From NCBI GenBank assembly GCA_965287045.1, contig OZ336887.1:38254001-38318000 (forward strand): a stretch of 64,000 bases of DNA, read 5' to 3'. The notes under the pieces are model-generated. The model did no database searches. It saw nothing but the letters and a program-made list of their open reading frames with translations, and was not told the DNA's origin. Below, piece after piece: positions 23,405-36,504 of this stretch (the first letter of the stretch is position 1; the number at the start of each line of letters is the position of its first letter). Both the position numbers and the translations under genes were made by a program. The DNA is from Carcharhinus amblyrhynchos. Lineage: Eukaryota.

Positions 23405-24245
23405 TTATTTTATTTGTTCTTGGGATCTGGGCATTGCCAGGAAGACCAGCATTTATTGTCCATCTGTAATTGTCCCTGAGAAGGTGATAGGGAGTACATC
23501 CTTGAACCACTAGACGGTGAGTTGCAGGATTCTGACCCAATGACAGTGAAAGGAAGGCGATGTATTTTCAAGTCAGAATGTTCAGTGACTTGGGAAACAT
23601 GCAGGTGACAGTGTTCCATGCGTCAGCTGCCCATGTCCTTCCAGGTGGTAGAAGACGTGTGTTTGGAAGGTGCTGCGGTGTGTGCGTTGATGAGTTGCTG
23701 CAAGGCATTTTGTATATGGCACGCACTGTTGCCTCTGTGTGCTCTGGTGGAAAGAGCAAATGTATAAGGTAGTGGATGGGGTGAAAATCAAGTGGGCTGC
23801 TTTGTCTTGGATGATCTTTAGCTTCTTGAATGTTGTTGGAACTGTAGTCATCCACGCAAGTGGAGAATATTCCATCACATTCCTGACTTTTGCCTTGTAG
23901 ATGGTGAACAGGCTTTGAATAGTTAGAAGATCGGTTACTTGCTGCAGAATTCCCAGCCTTTGACCTGCTGTTGTAGCCACAGTATTTAAATGGCTGATCC
24001 AGTTCAGTTTCTGGTCAATGGTAGCCCTCCAGCATGTTGAATGTCAAGGGGACATAGTTAGATACTTTTTTCTTTAGAAGATCATTGCCTGGCACTGGTG
24101 TAGAGTGGATTTCTCTTATCACTTATCAGCCAAAGCCTCGATGTTGTCCATGTCTTGCTGCATGTAGGAATGGACTGCCTCAGTATCTGAGGAGTTTCAA
24201 ATGGTGCTGAACGCTTGTAATTATTGGCAAACATTCCAGCAGATG
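23405..24245 (-). mobile_element. Old non-LTR retrotransposon 3' part (same family as 17480-19720)
   Basis: AGQRLGILQQVTDLL...IYKAKVRNVMEYSPLAW...IQDKAAHLI. Confidence 0.85.
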
Positions 24246-24338
24246 TCAGGAGTCTGTTTTATTGTCCAATGGTGTTTACTTTCTGAAGATGAAATTTTTC
24301 TCCCAAGATACTAATTTGCTCTTGTTTTCTTGGTACAG

Positions 24339-24420
24339 CTAAACAGTGCTGCTGATTTATCTATGCTAGTTTTAGAGTCCTTGGAAAAGTCCGAAGCAAA
24401 GGTTACAGATGAACTGTTAG
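24339..24420 (+). CDS. GET4: GET4 coding exon 3
   Basis: TACAG acceptor; [27 protein letters not shown]; donor GTATGT. Confidence 0.95.
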
Positions 24421-26664
24421 GTATGTAAATTGTTGACTTTCTCCCTTTTCTGCTCTTCCAACATTTCTGCAGGTATTCTAACGATGAGTTAAGATTAATA
24501 TCAAAGTTATGGCAGAAATTGAAGAAAATAAACTTGGTGCATGCCATCTTTACATTACAATGAGTTAGATTTATTTTCTATTTTGAGTTACTATTACTTA
24601 AGGCCCTTAGTATGTGAAGAAATTAGCTTTTCTGAACACGGAGGGACTGATGTAGCACAAGAAATAACTCCAAGGCAATGCGTATTATTAACAGCCAATG
24701 CAAGTGTCTTGCCAGTTGCTCAGTAAGAAATTTGAGTGCTTGGTGTATTGTTGAAGCATATGGATCAAGAAAGTCCAAGGTTGAGCTGCTGGCCTCTACT
24801 GAATTTGTTGTTTACAGTAAACCTGTAAATGGGACACTATGGCTGGAATTTTACCAGCATGCCCACCCCGATTCTTGAGGGGGGCATTTCTGACATGGCT
24901 GCCTTGCAAAGTGGAACAAAAAGTCATGTGGAAGAGAAAGAAAAGAGGTCTGAAAAATGAACATATGGAGACAGAGATTTTGACATTCTTCTAGACTTCA
25001 CTACAATTACAAGCAATATTTATTGTTCAGAAATAACCAAAAACACATTTGTTGGGAAAGGATATAATGGGAAAGTTTCAGATTCAGTCAGTAACTTGCT
25101 GGATGTTGATTAGCTATGATTACTTATTTTTCTATTTTCCCCCCCTCACAAAGTTCAATTCCAAGCATGTTTTACTGTTTTTTATGAGAAAGCTGCAAAT
25201 GTATGAAAAATAAATAATGGCTGTTATTATGGTTTGTAGATGTGTGCCATGTATCTGTCTTGTGCTGGGCAATGTATTGCTGCATCCTAGTTTTGGTGTC
25301 CGCACCTCTTGATGGTTTTGTAGGAGACTGACTATTTTTGATTGTACTTTAAGAGATAGCCTTTCTCAAAGCAAGCTTGTGTTGTTTCAATAAAATAGGA
25401 ATAGGATAGAAAATTATAATAGTAAAATTGGCCAATGTCCTATCAGTTTCCAACATTGTTTCTCTTCTAGCGGCACCCTGACTTGTTCTTGCATATTAAA
25501 AAATTTGCAATATATTGCAAGTCTGTTGGCATCTGTAAATAGAAAGAGTAGATTCAAGTTTGCAGTGTAATACTTTGTCAGATAGTTCTGGTGGAGGGTT
25601 AACTTCCAAATGCATTTTCATATTTTAATTCTGATTTCCAGTATTTGCTGTTAGCTTTCTATCTGTTCTACATGGTATTTTCACTGGCAAATAAAAATTT
25701 GGATTTTTCTTCAAAATTGTCAGTCTGTGCACATGAACTGATCAAACAACCAGTTCTGCACCAATGTGAACAAGCTATCCGTCAGGCTGCAGTCCTCCTG
25801 TAATGTAAAGAACCTTTTCTGCACAGCAGCTGCCCTGTTCATTACCTTCAAATAATAAATATATTGATTTTGAACATTTCCCCTGCCTTAGAAAGTAATA
25901 GGAAATACTGCAAATGTGCAGCAAAATTATCAGAATCTGAAAGTGAACCATGTGGATTGATGATTTGTGATCAGAAGTATTTTGTAGATATTTGGATTTA
26001 GTGGAGATGCAAGTTAGTAGGGTGAATCTTTCCAGAACACCGCCAGAAGAGTTGGACTAGCGAGTAGCTCTTGCTGAGAGTGGTATGGTCTGACGGGCTT
26101 AATTACACTATAGTTCTGTGGATGAGCAATTCCACCTGGTTTTGATTACTGACCCTGGTTCTGATGGTAAATAAGGATTAAGGCAAGATGTTAGGATTGC
26201 CTGACGTTGGGGCTGGGCATTATTTGTGTTTGCAATTCTGAATTCAGCAGCAGCAGGTTGATATGTCAGCTGCTCCTCTGGCTCCACCAATTCCTTGCTT
26301 TGAGAAAGGCTAGGACAGAACTGGTTTTAATGAATGGCTTGTTAAATCACATCTAGTTTAATTCCAAGAATATACTTCTGAAGAGTTTCACTAAAGCTTC
26401 CGTATCTTTCTTTAGACCCATCACATTTTACTGAAACACTTTGTGCTTAGATATTTGGTCTGTTATAGTAAGAGTTCTTGAACTAAAGTAACTAATGCTT
26501 TATTTATTCAAGCATCATTTCTATGTACTGACCAGTGACGATATCTTAATAGACCTTTAATATTGTTGCCTGCAAGATGACCTAAATCTTCTTCTGAAAT
26601 TTGATTTTTAAAAATTAAACATAAGTCAGTTAGTCAATGTGGTGAACAGTTTCAGAAGAGGTTA

Positions 26665-27510
26665 TAAAGAACAAAGAAAGTTACTGCACAGGAACAGGCT
26701 CTTTGGCTCTCCAAGCCTGCACTGACCATGCTGCCCAATTGAAGTAAAATCCCCTACCATTCCAGGGACCATATCCCTCTATTCCCATCCTATTCATGTA
26801 TTTGTCAAGATGCAGCTTAAAAGTCATTAAGGTATCCGCTTCCGCTACCTCCCCTGGCAATGAGTTCCAGGCACCCACTACTTTCTGTGTAAAAAAAATC
26901 TGCCTCATACATCTCCTTTAAACTTTGCTCCTTGGACCTTAAACCTGTGCCCCCTTGTAATTGACTCTTCCACTCTTGGAAAAAGCTTCTGACTATCCAC
27001 TCTGTCCATGCCTCTCATAATCTTGTAAACTTCTATCAGATCGCCCCTCAGCCTCCGTTGTTCCAGTGAAAATAAACCAAGATTCTCCAACCTCTCCTCA
27101 TAGCTAATGCCCTCGATACCAGGCAACACCCTGGTAAATCTTTTCTGTACCCTCTCCAAAGCCTTCTGTAGTTTAGCGACCAGAATTGAATGCTATATTC
27201 CAAGTGCGGCCTAACTAAAGTTCTATTAAGCTGCAACATGACTTGCCAATTTTTAAAGTCAATGCCCTGGCCGATGAAGGCAAGCATGCCATATGCCTCC
27301 TTGATTACCTTCTCCACCTGCATTGCTGCTTTCAGTGACCTGTGTACCTGTACACCGAGACCCCCTTGTCTGTCAATACTCTTAAGGATTCTGCCATTTA
27401 CTGTATATTTCCTATCTGTATTAGACCTTCCAAAATGCATTACCTCACATTTGTCCAGGTTAAACTCCATCTGCCATCTCTCCATCTAAATTTCCAACTG
27501 ATCTATATCC
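26665..27510 (-). mobile_element. CR1 LINE 3' fragment (different subfamily)
   Basis: WQMEFNLDKCEVMHFG, LVRPHLEYSIQFWS, ERVQKRFTRVLPG; TTCTTTG-type tail. Confidence 0.92.
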
Positions 27511-27654
27511 TAATGTATTTCAAAACTTCACACTGTGATTTCATGAACTTTCAATTACATTCTGAAGATGCAGTTTACCTCTGCTAAGTTAGCAAATTCC
27601 AGCTAGGGCAGCAATTAGGCTTGGTACACAAGTTCTTGTTGCTGTTTGCTATCC

Positions 27655-27800
27655 TGTGTGTGTGCGTGCGCACATGCACACAGGCAGTCACTCACATACA
27701 CACAGTCACACACGCGCACGCAGACACACAGTCACACACGCGCACGCAGACACACAGTCACACACGCGCACGCAGACACACAGTCACACACGCGCACGCG
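27655..27800 (+). repeat. CA-rich 26-bp minisatellite (about 4 copies) with a (TG)n lead-in
   Basis: Unit ACACACAGTCACACACGCGCACGCAG repeated 27698-27800. Confidence 0.9.
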
Positions 27801-28107
27801 TTTAAAGTTCAACATGTTGTAGGTCCCTCACTCCTTCAGGTTGGCCATTCCACAATTTTTATGCACAGATCAGCCTTCATTGTTTCTAGTTTTGAATGGT
27901 GCGTACAAAAGACTTTTCCTTACAGATTTTTTTTGTATTATTTGGAGTTAATGCCTCAGATCTGTCCAGTTAGTGTAACTAACTCAAGATTTTGAAAGTC
28001 TGTTCGCCCAAGTAATATGTAAATAATTTAAAAAAATGTGAAGCATCATTTCACAGTAATTTACTGCTTTCGTCAAACTGGGTAGCTGGACTGATATAAA
28101 ACAGATT

Positions 28108-28385
28108 AGGGGCGGTGCACTGGTTAGCACTGCTGCCCTCACAACGCCAGGGTCCTGGATTCGATTCCTGGCTTGGGTCACTGTCTGTGTGGAGTCTGCA
28201 TGTTTTCCCCGTGTCGGCATTGGTTTCCTCCAGATGCTCCTGTTTCCTCCCACAGTTTTAAAGATGTGCTGGCTCGGTATATTTACCCAAACTGGTGTCA
28301 GAGTGTGGCGATTAGGGGAATTTCACAGTAACTTCATTGCAGTATAATGTAAGCCTTTCTTGTGACTAATGAACAAACTTTACTT
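28108..28385 (+). mobile_element. V-SINE with alternative (type B) tail
   Basis: tRNA head with B-box GGATTCGATTCC, V-domain, tail ...TTCACAGTAACTTCATTGCAGTATAATGTAAGCCTTTCTTGTGACTAAT. Confidence 0.85.
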
Positions 28386-28716
28386 TAGATTGGCTGTAGA
28401 GCACTTAAATTGTCATTTTCCAAAATCTTTGAAATTATTCATTCCTGTACTTAAAGCGTCCATTTAAACTGGAAGCAAATTTCTTTTTTGTTCCTGCAAC
28501 ACTACATTTTTTTTGAATGTGTCCAGATATTGGCATGTTTTGGATCCTATGCATAACTGCATTTCCTCCTTCAAAGATCTCATGATTTACTTGTTTCATG
28601 TATGTTATCTGAGTACAGATTTTGACAGGACTTAATGCTACTTTGTCTTAATTCTAGGTGCCCTTCCGAATTTAGTAAAGCAGTTGCAAAACTTGTTAAC
28701 AAACCATGTCTTTCAG

Positions 28717-28866
28717 AAAGTCTTGGTAAACTTTTTAGTCTAATGGATCCAAACTCCCCTGAGAGAGCAGCATTCGTATCCAGAGCACTGAAGTGGTCCA
28801 GTGGAGGATCAGCAAAACTTGGCCACCCGAAACTGCATCAACTGCTGGCAGTCACACTGTGGAAAG
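28717..28866 (+). CDS. GET4: GET4 coding exon 4
   Basis: TTTCAG acceptor; (E)[49 protein letters not shown]; donor GTAAG. Confidence 0.96.
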
Positions 28867-29127
28867 GTAAGACTGGATAGGCCAAATCAATATCCAAAGT
28901 AGTTATTCTGCTATTTTGTGATGATCTGGAGTAAGTTAAGGTGGCAGTATAACTTGTGTTAGGTTTTCATCTGATGCCCAAGCACTGCGGTAGCCTCACG
29001 AGTCAGACTTTTTACTGAGGAAACAATGCACAGTGCTTACAGATTATGACGCCTAACTTGTGTGAAGCTAGGTTTAAAAGTTGTTTGTAATCTAATTGAT
29101 CTCGCGATCTCTACCATAAATTTAATC

Positions 29128-29230
29128 TTTAACCAAAAGAGAAATTGCTGGAAAATCTCAGCAGGTCTGGCAGTATCTGTAAGGAGAGAAAAGAGCTGAT
29201 GTTTCGAGTCCAGGCGACCCTTTGTCAAAA
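29128..29230 (-). mobile_element. Penelope-like terminal fragment (second family)
   Basis: Minus strand TGACAAAGGGTCGCCTGGACTCGAAAC...CAGACCTGCTGAGATTTTCCAGCA; related remnants near 12745-12840, 13490-13640, 58137-58245. Confidence 0.6.
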
Positions 29231-29739
29231 TGTGATCTTTGGTCAGTTTAATGTTTTCAGAAAGTGGATGCTGCTGTCCACACTTGTCACCTCTCACAGT
29301 AATAATCATTATATAGATTCTGCATGAGTTATTTCGGTAACTCACAATGCTGATCATTGTTCGTTGAGAGAAGAAAATTAGCAGATAAGAAATCTCAAAT
29401 TTTATTGTGGCATAGAAATGCTTCTATTAAATACAATTTAAAAATATGACAGTACCAAGTTAATGATGAAATTGGCTACCATCCATCTATTGACAAAAGA
29501 TAGTCCCATATGTTGTGTTAATGGACTTCATGGTTTGGCCAGTTTCTAATTGGGATATATTACTCAACCTGTTTGCATTTTCTTTATAGTGCGCTTAGAT
29601 AATCAGTAAACATGCTTCAGATAGAAACATAGGAAATCTATGGCACAGAAAGAGGACATTCAATCCATCATGTTTGTGCCAGCAAATTATTTTGTCAGTT
29701 TCATTACTTACATACAATGATTTTGCATTCTCTTTCTAG

Positions 29740-29878
29740 AACAAAACTATAGTGAATCTCGATATCACTTCCTGCATTCAGCAGATGGGGAGGGTTGTGC
29801 AAATATGTTAGTAGAATATTCTGCATCAAAGGGTTACCGGAATGAAGTGGACATGTTTGTGGCTCAGGCAGTCTTACA
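29740..29878 (+). CDS. GET4: GET4 coding exon 5
   Basis: TTCTAG acceptor; (E)[45 protein letters not shown](Q); donor GTAAGT. Confidence 0.96.
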
Positions 29879-31386
29879 GTAAGTATTTAGAAAACAAAAA
29901 ACAAGTGTGTTAATTTATTGGTTGAACTCTATACAGTGAAATAAAAGCTATACCTTTGCATTTAGATAATTGTTAGATAATCCTAGCTGAATCTAATGCA
30001 TCTGGATTTCTATTGAGAATTCACTTTTTTTTTGAGTCCATTTGGAGCAGCATGCCAGCCTAAAAATAGCCTGATAATGCAAGCCTTTTATCTTTTAGCT
30101 AGAACTACAAGGGAGAAAGAAATGAGAAATAACTGTCCTGTACTCCACAATTGGACTAATGTCTTCTGCAGAATTCTTTTATGAGACACTTGGAAACTAT
30201 TACAAAACAAAAATTCATATTGACTCACAACATTGTACACCATTCGTGCACTTCGGAAATGGAATGTTTTGGGGTTTTGAAATGGCATTCCTTAAATATG
30301 TTTAGACAGATTAATTGACTAAAAGTCTTCTAATGGTATTTCTGGATATATATTTATTTTCTTATCAATGTTTATTTGAAATTCTTCACACAAGACTTGT
30401 TTGACAAATGTTTTTTGGAAAAAGAATGTTGAAAAGCCACAGTAATTATGCCTTAGCTATTTGTAGGTTTACCTGGGCTTTCACCTGTGTGCTTTAGAAA
30501 ACAATACAGCAGTAAAGTACAGTGAGCTTCACCTGCAAAAAAGTAAAGTACTCTGTGTATATTTTAACTCTTACGTCCTTGGATCAAAAGAGTAATTTTA
30601 TTGCATTTTGATTGGTGCTCTTTGAACAGTATCCCAGTGAGAGTTGACATGTTCAAGAGAGGGGCAGACAAAATGGGGTAAAACTTCTGAAATTATATTT
30701 TCAAATGAATGAAGCTGTATTATTTGTATTGAGTACCACATGAAAACCGACAGAATAATAAGAGAGACTTGCTGTCAAAGCCTTCTGCCTTGCATTTGTC
30801 AGGATGTATTCGCAAGAATATCAGTAGCAAAGGGAGAAACAAATTATACTGCATGAAGAGTGCGCTGATTGACTGAAAAGTGGACTTTAATCAGTAAAGG
30901 CATTAACATGGAGAATGAACCAGGGAACAGTTAATTGCCAAGCTTTTGTTTAAATTCAAACTAGGCAGGTTGACTCTGGTAAAGGCGTTGCCCTGGGGAA
31001 TGAACCAAGGAATGGCTGTCCCCAACCTTTTTAGTTGTAAAAAATGCAATGTGTGGACATGCTCCATCTATCTGCCCATGTATGAATATATGTAGCTCCA
31101 AACACACACATGTTCCCATCTCCTCCAGCCAAAGTTTCAGATTCACATGTAATCCTGTGTAACATACTAGTGAATCAATTTTTACTCAAATCAGAGCAGT
31201 AAATTTGTCTTGTAATTATTTTCAGAATGCTCATCTAGCTGTTGTCTGTAGTGTTACAGTTCTGTGATTTAGGAATGTGGAATATTTTTCAGTTATGAAG
31301 AGAAAATAACATTTACATATTCATAGAAATCCCAAATCAAACTAAGTGTTAATCTTTGCATTTTTGAGTTGATGAATTGCAATTGA

Positions 31387-31702
31387 GGGTGGCACAGTGG
31401 TTAGCAGTACTGCCTCACAGCGCCAGGGACCCAAGTTCAGTTTCGGACTCGGGTCACTATCTATATGGAGTTTGCACATTCTCCCTGTGTCTGCATGGGT
31501 TTTCTCTGGGTGCTCCGGTTTCCTCCTACACTCCAAAGATATGCAGGTTAGGTGGATTGGCCATGCTAAATTGATCCTAGTGTCAAGGGGATTAGCAGCG
31601 CAAGTATGAGAGGTTACGGGAATAGGGCCTGGGTGGGATTGTGGTCAGTGTAAACTTGATGGGCCGAATGGCCTCCTTCTGCACTGTCAGGATCCTATAA
31701 TT
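31387..31702 (+). mobile_element. HE1-like V-SINE, full length
   Basis: GGTGGCACAGTGGTTAGCAGTACTGCCTCACAGCGCCAGGGACCC head, V-domain, CR1-type tail. Confidence 0.92.
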
Positions 31703-31774
31703 CTTTTCTGACCATTAAAGAGTTAACTGAGATCTCACCTATGTGGTTGAGTCAAATATTGGAACAAACTAAAA

Positions 31775-32165
31775 AAGTTGCATTTCTGTAACACCTTTCA
31801 TAACCTCAGGGCGTCCGAAAGCACTTTAAAACAAAGATGAACTTGAAATGTAAGCGATTATTTTAATGTAGGTAGCCAACTTGTGCACTTCAAGCTTCCA
31901 CAAACAATGGTCTGATTATCAAATAATCTGTTTTTGTGATGGTGATTGAAAGAAAAATAGTCACGAAGAAAACTTCCCGTGCATTTCCTCAAAGTCATGC
32001 CATGGAATCTTTAGGTTCTGCCTGACAGGACAGAAGGGGCCTCCATTTAACATCTCATCCAAAAAAACAGTATTTCCAACAGTTCAGCATTTCCTCAGTA
32101 CTTCGCAGGAGTTTCAGTCTTGATTTTGGTGCTCAGGTTGTGGCTACCAGCTGAGCCACAGCTGA
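31775..32165 (-). mobile_element. SacSINE1/DeuSINE-like element
   Basis: TTGCATTTCTGTAACACCTTTCATAACCTCAGGGCGTCC...GCCATGGAATCTTT...CTACCAGCTGAGCCAC. Confidence 0.75.
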
Positions 32166-32300
32166 TACTCTTATGAAACTGATAATGCTGCCTATGTGTT
32201 GCACGTTTGTGGCTTCCTTGACGTTTATTGTTACTACAGATTTTTTTCACAGATGAGTAGAAATGCTACTTCTGAAAATGGTTCTGATTTTTTTTTCCAG

Positions 32301-32441
32301 ATTTCTTTGCCTAAAAAATAAAAACACTGCATCATTGGTCTTCACAACTTACACAGAAAAGCATCCCTCTATAGAAAAAGGACCTCCATTTATACAGCCA
32401 TTGTTAAACTTTATTTGGTTCTTATTACTTGCTGTTGAGGG
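32301..32441 (+). CDS. GET4: GET4 coding exon 6
   Basis: TTCCAG acceptor; [46 protein letters not shown](G); donor GTAGGT. Confidence 0.96.
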
Positions 32442-32536
32442 GTAGGTACTTTTTTATATTAAAGAAGTTATTATTGGTACTTTAAAAATCTAAAAACTAA
32501 TCCAATGTTATAACCAATGTACTTTTTTCACTGAAG

Positions 32537-32612
32537 GGGGAAACTAACCGTTTTTACAGTGTTATGTGAACAGTATCAGCCATCTTTAAAGAGAGATCCA
32601 ATGTACATTGAG
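32537..32612 (+). CDS. GET4: GET4 coding exon 7
   Basis: AAG acceptor after a 95-bp intron; [25 protein letters not shown]; donor GTGAGT. Confidence 0.95.
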
Positions 32613-34009
32613 GTGAGTTACCATTCTCCTGCTGCATTTGTTTAAGTTGGGTGAAACCAAGATTCATGTTTTAATTTGTTTTCTATGAATTATTTGGATG
32701 TGAATGAAAAGCAACATTTTAAAATTCTGAACTATGCACAACATTATACAGGCTTGTGCCTGCATGTCTATAAGCCACCCCGTGAGTTGTCACTTCAGAA
32801 AATGTCCTGTTTAAGAAAAGTGAGAGATTATTTAATTGACAGTGCACCAAAACAATCAGCTTCACCATCCAATGCTTCCCTGTACTACACCAAAATGAAA
32901 GAATTTGCCTATATGTTCATCATCCCAAGAACTGCGGTGGTTGCTGAGCTCCCCAGCAAATTCAAAGCCAGATTTTAGACAAGTTGCTTGTTTGCAGGAA
33001 CTCAAATGCAGATAATCATGTAGCTTGTGTACTGTTGGGACTGATGTTCTTATCTCCTCAGGACTCATCCCCTCACAAATGGAAATTCGCCTCCTGTGGT
33101 ATGCCTGAAGAGAAAAGAGAAAATCAGGCATCTCTAATCCCCCTCATACTCTTAGCCTTTTCGTGATCTAATGAGGTTATGACTGTGCAACATAACTTTC
33201 TTTCAGCCCTGCAACAGTTTATTTCATGTGACACAAATTTTGCTTCATATAAGCACCTGAGTTTTTAACGACGGCTAAAACATACTCTCTTCATCAGAGA
33301 GATACTGAACTTTTTATGCTATTCCTCCATCCATCGGAAGTGCATCATATTAGAATTTCCAAATAGGTAACATAGTGCAGAACACACTGTGTAGTGATTG
33401 ACATACATTTGAGTTTTTTTTTGAAATCTCAAGGTCAATTGCTTTTATACATCCTTTCATCACTCCCACTTCCCAAAATGATTGATGATACCATTTCTCA
33501 AAACTGCAGTAAAGATATCGCACAATAGACAAGTGCTTAACAGAGGAGCATGTGGGACCTATGTAACTGACCTTTAGCCATGAATGGTGTCTGTTTCCAG
33601 AGTGCAAAGATCAGAAAAATGATTACATTGTTCTGGAATTTCCTAAAAAGATGGTGGGGGATGTGTGTGGGCAGGGAGAAACGGAGCTGTAACGAAGTGC
33701 AGTACGTGTGAGCCTTGGAGCTGTGCTGTATCTGTCTGAGCCATGGTGTAAGAAAATGGCCCCGTTTCAATTAAATCAATTAGATACTGCATTTCATATG
33801 GCATAGGTAAAGACCAATTGCTTTTGTGATTGGGCCGAACTTTTCTTATTTTGCTTTGCCACTAAATACAGGCCAATACTCATCCAGCACCAGGTACCAG
33901 AGTTTATTTGTTTCTGCTGTTCCCCCATTCCACCATACTATTCTGTGGAGCACCTGCTTTCGGTATGCGTTATGTGTTTGGAGATCAGAGAAACAAATGA
34001 AGAAAATTC

Positions 34010-34260
34010 ATTGCTTACCCAACAATACAAAGACGTTCACAAACATTTTTGCACAGCAAGTTGTTATGATCTGGAACGCGCTGTCTGAGGGCAATGCCAT
34101 TAGACTCAGCAGTAATTTTCAGCTGGAATTTGATGTATACTTGAGAAAGAAACATTTGCATATAGAGAAAGAGCAGGCAAGTGGCAGTGATCAGCCTTTT
34201 CAAAGTGCTGGTATAGGCACAGTGGGCTGAATGGCTTTCTGTGTGCTGTGAATCTATGCA
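34010..34260 (+). mobile_element. Old CR1 3' end
   Basis: NIFAQQVVMIWNAL plus GGGCTGAATGGC tail. Confidence 0.7.
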
Positions 34261-36016
34261 CACAGACAATTTCCCCATCTCTCGCTACAAGCTATTTGAA
34301 TTCCCAGAGCTGGTAAAATTGAAATTTGGGCCACAATATCAATGGGGGGAAAAGCACAATGAAGAGGATTAGGAAGCCCTTATTTCCTCTTTTCTCCCAT
34401 TCACACATTTCAGGCTGCAAAGGGAAGCAAATGTCCATTTGCGTATGGAGGAGTCACTCCATTTGAATGAGGATTCTGGACGGTGAGTAAGTTTTAATAC
34501 CAATAGTGACTAGCAGTGTGCATTTTCTGCTTTTAGATACAGGGAATTTTCATCATGCATCTTGATAGAAACTTGTGTTAGGCTGAAATTGTTGCCCCGG
34601 ATTGTCATTTTGTGAATGCAGTGTTGTGATCATGTATTGGGAAGATTTCCAGTTGATCATGTGTTTAAACTGTTCTCCCAGCTGCTTAAGGAGGAAATCT
34701 TCCTCCATAATTGTCTAATTGAAGGTAAGATCACTGACGAGGTAACTAGATTTGCCACAACTAAAGAAGGCATTAACAAACATTTTCCTCAAGTTTTTTT
34801 TTACCAATCGCTGACTTAATGGATTAAGCTTCTGTACAAGTAAATTAATAAACTGAGAGTGAGTGCTTTTTGCTGACTATTTAAATAAAAAAGATTGCAG
34901 GCAATCAAAACCTTAAATTGTGCAAGGTAAAATTATATCAGTTGACTTTTATTTTATGAGGTCTTATTGTAGCTAAATAAGGTAACATTGAAATCATCAC
35001 GCCATACTCCACTCTTCAGTTAAGTGGAATTGTAGACATAACAGAAGTGAAGCCATGATAAAAACAAATTACTTTGGATTTTCTGTTGCGCTATGGAAGA
35101 TTTGTGTGGGAGCATAGAAAGGCAGTGAATTAACACAAGTTGCAAAACTGCTGGGTAGAAATCAAAAGCACCATTGATACACAGGGTGGGTGTGGTTGCA
35201 TATCAAATTCAAATTACTGCGAGGCAAATTTGTGATATTAGAGGGATCTTAAGTGGATTGTTTTTTTAACAATAAAATATATATTTTGTAACAAACATTC
35301 ATTAAGCTTTCTCATGTCTGGTGAAGGAAAATTGCTTGATTTCAGTTTGTTGATCAACATTATCTGAACCTCAGTGTTAAAGGCAAGTTATCATTGCCCT
35401 GACTTTCTGTGAAATAAGAAATGTAACATCAGCAAACTGATATGTGGCTTTCACTAATTCCACTGCAGCTGCCCATAACGCAATTTTTATTCATTATAGG
35501 ATGAATTTAAAGCAGTACATACTCAATTTTGTGTCGAGCTTGTTAACAAACCTGCTGGACTACTACTATTCAGTGAAGATTAGCTGTCAGAGAACACCAG
35601 CTAAAATGGATATGTCATTTTTAGTTTGCTAAATATTAATATGGTATGGATTCTGTTGTTAAGCTAGGACACCTATGGTCATTTTGGTGTATTAAAATTA
35701 TTTCCTGTACAAAAATGCAAAGTACTTTAAAAATGCATTAATTCAAATTAAAACTAATTTGCATAGTTTTGATTTTCCAGTGTCCAAAGTTCCATAAAAT
35801 GTTGCGCAGGAAATCCAGTTTTTATATATAAATATATGTAAATTGTATATTGTGTTAATCAAAACAAAACTTCAACCCATCAGGATAATGTTACTGTAAT
35901 AAGGGTTCATTTGAGAGATCTCCATCTGAGTAGCTCCTGATTGTTTAATCATTTTTGTTTCTTTTTTAATTAGATTAAGTCTTAAGCTTTTAATTTTGCA
36001 CTATTTTTAATTCTAG

Positions 36017-36089
36017 TATCTAGACCGAATAGGTCAGATCTTCTTTGGAGTTGCACCGAGACAGACGTCCTCATATGGAGGATTATTAG
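36017..36089 (+). CDS. GET4: GET4 coding exon 8
   Basis: TTCTAG acceptor; [24 protein letters not shown]; donor GTATGT. Confidence 0.96.
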
Positions 36090-36504
36090 GTATGTTAAGC
36101 ATAGAACCATTTACATAATAAATTGTGATTAATTTCTTCAAGTGTTGTTTACTTCACCTGTAGCTAGTATGTGTATGTGCAGCTACAACTCCTTTTTGTG
36201 AGGTGTAGCAGGGAAGTTAAGGAAACAAATAATATCTGGATTTGTGTTATTAAGGTCATTGTGCCTACAAACTGCAACCCTTTGGAACAACAAAAAAAAC
36301 ATTTATTTGTTTCTGACTATATTTTTTTCTGAAATGCTCATCAAGGTCAAAGGATATTATTGTCCATTTCAGAGCACTTCAGAGAAACATTTACCATTAG
36401 GCTCTAACAGATCAGATGTAGCTAGATGATCAGACCAGCAGGTCAACTCCAGTATGATTTTTTTTTTCTTGCATCAGTCATCCTCTGACACTCGGTGCTG
36501 AGTT

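Noticed and set aside
27621-27995. 124-aa ORF with a signal-peptide-like start and His/Thr repeats
   Set aside because: It is a translation of the CA-rich minisatellite in intron 3.
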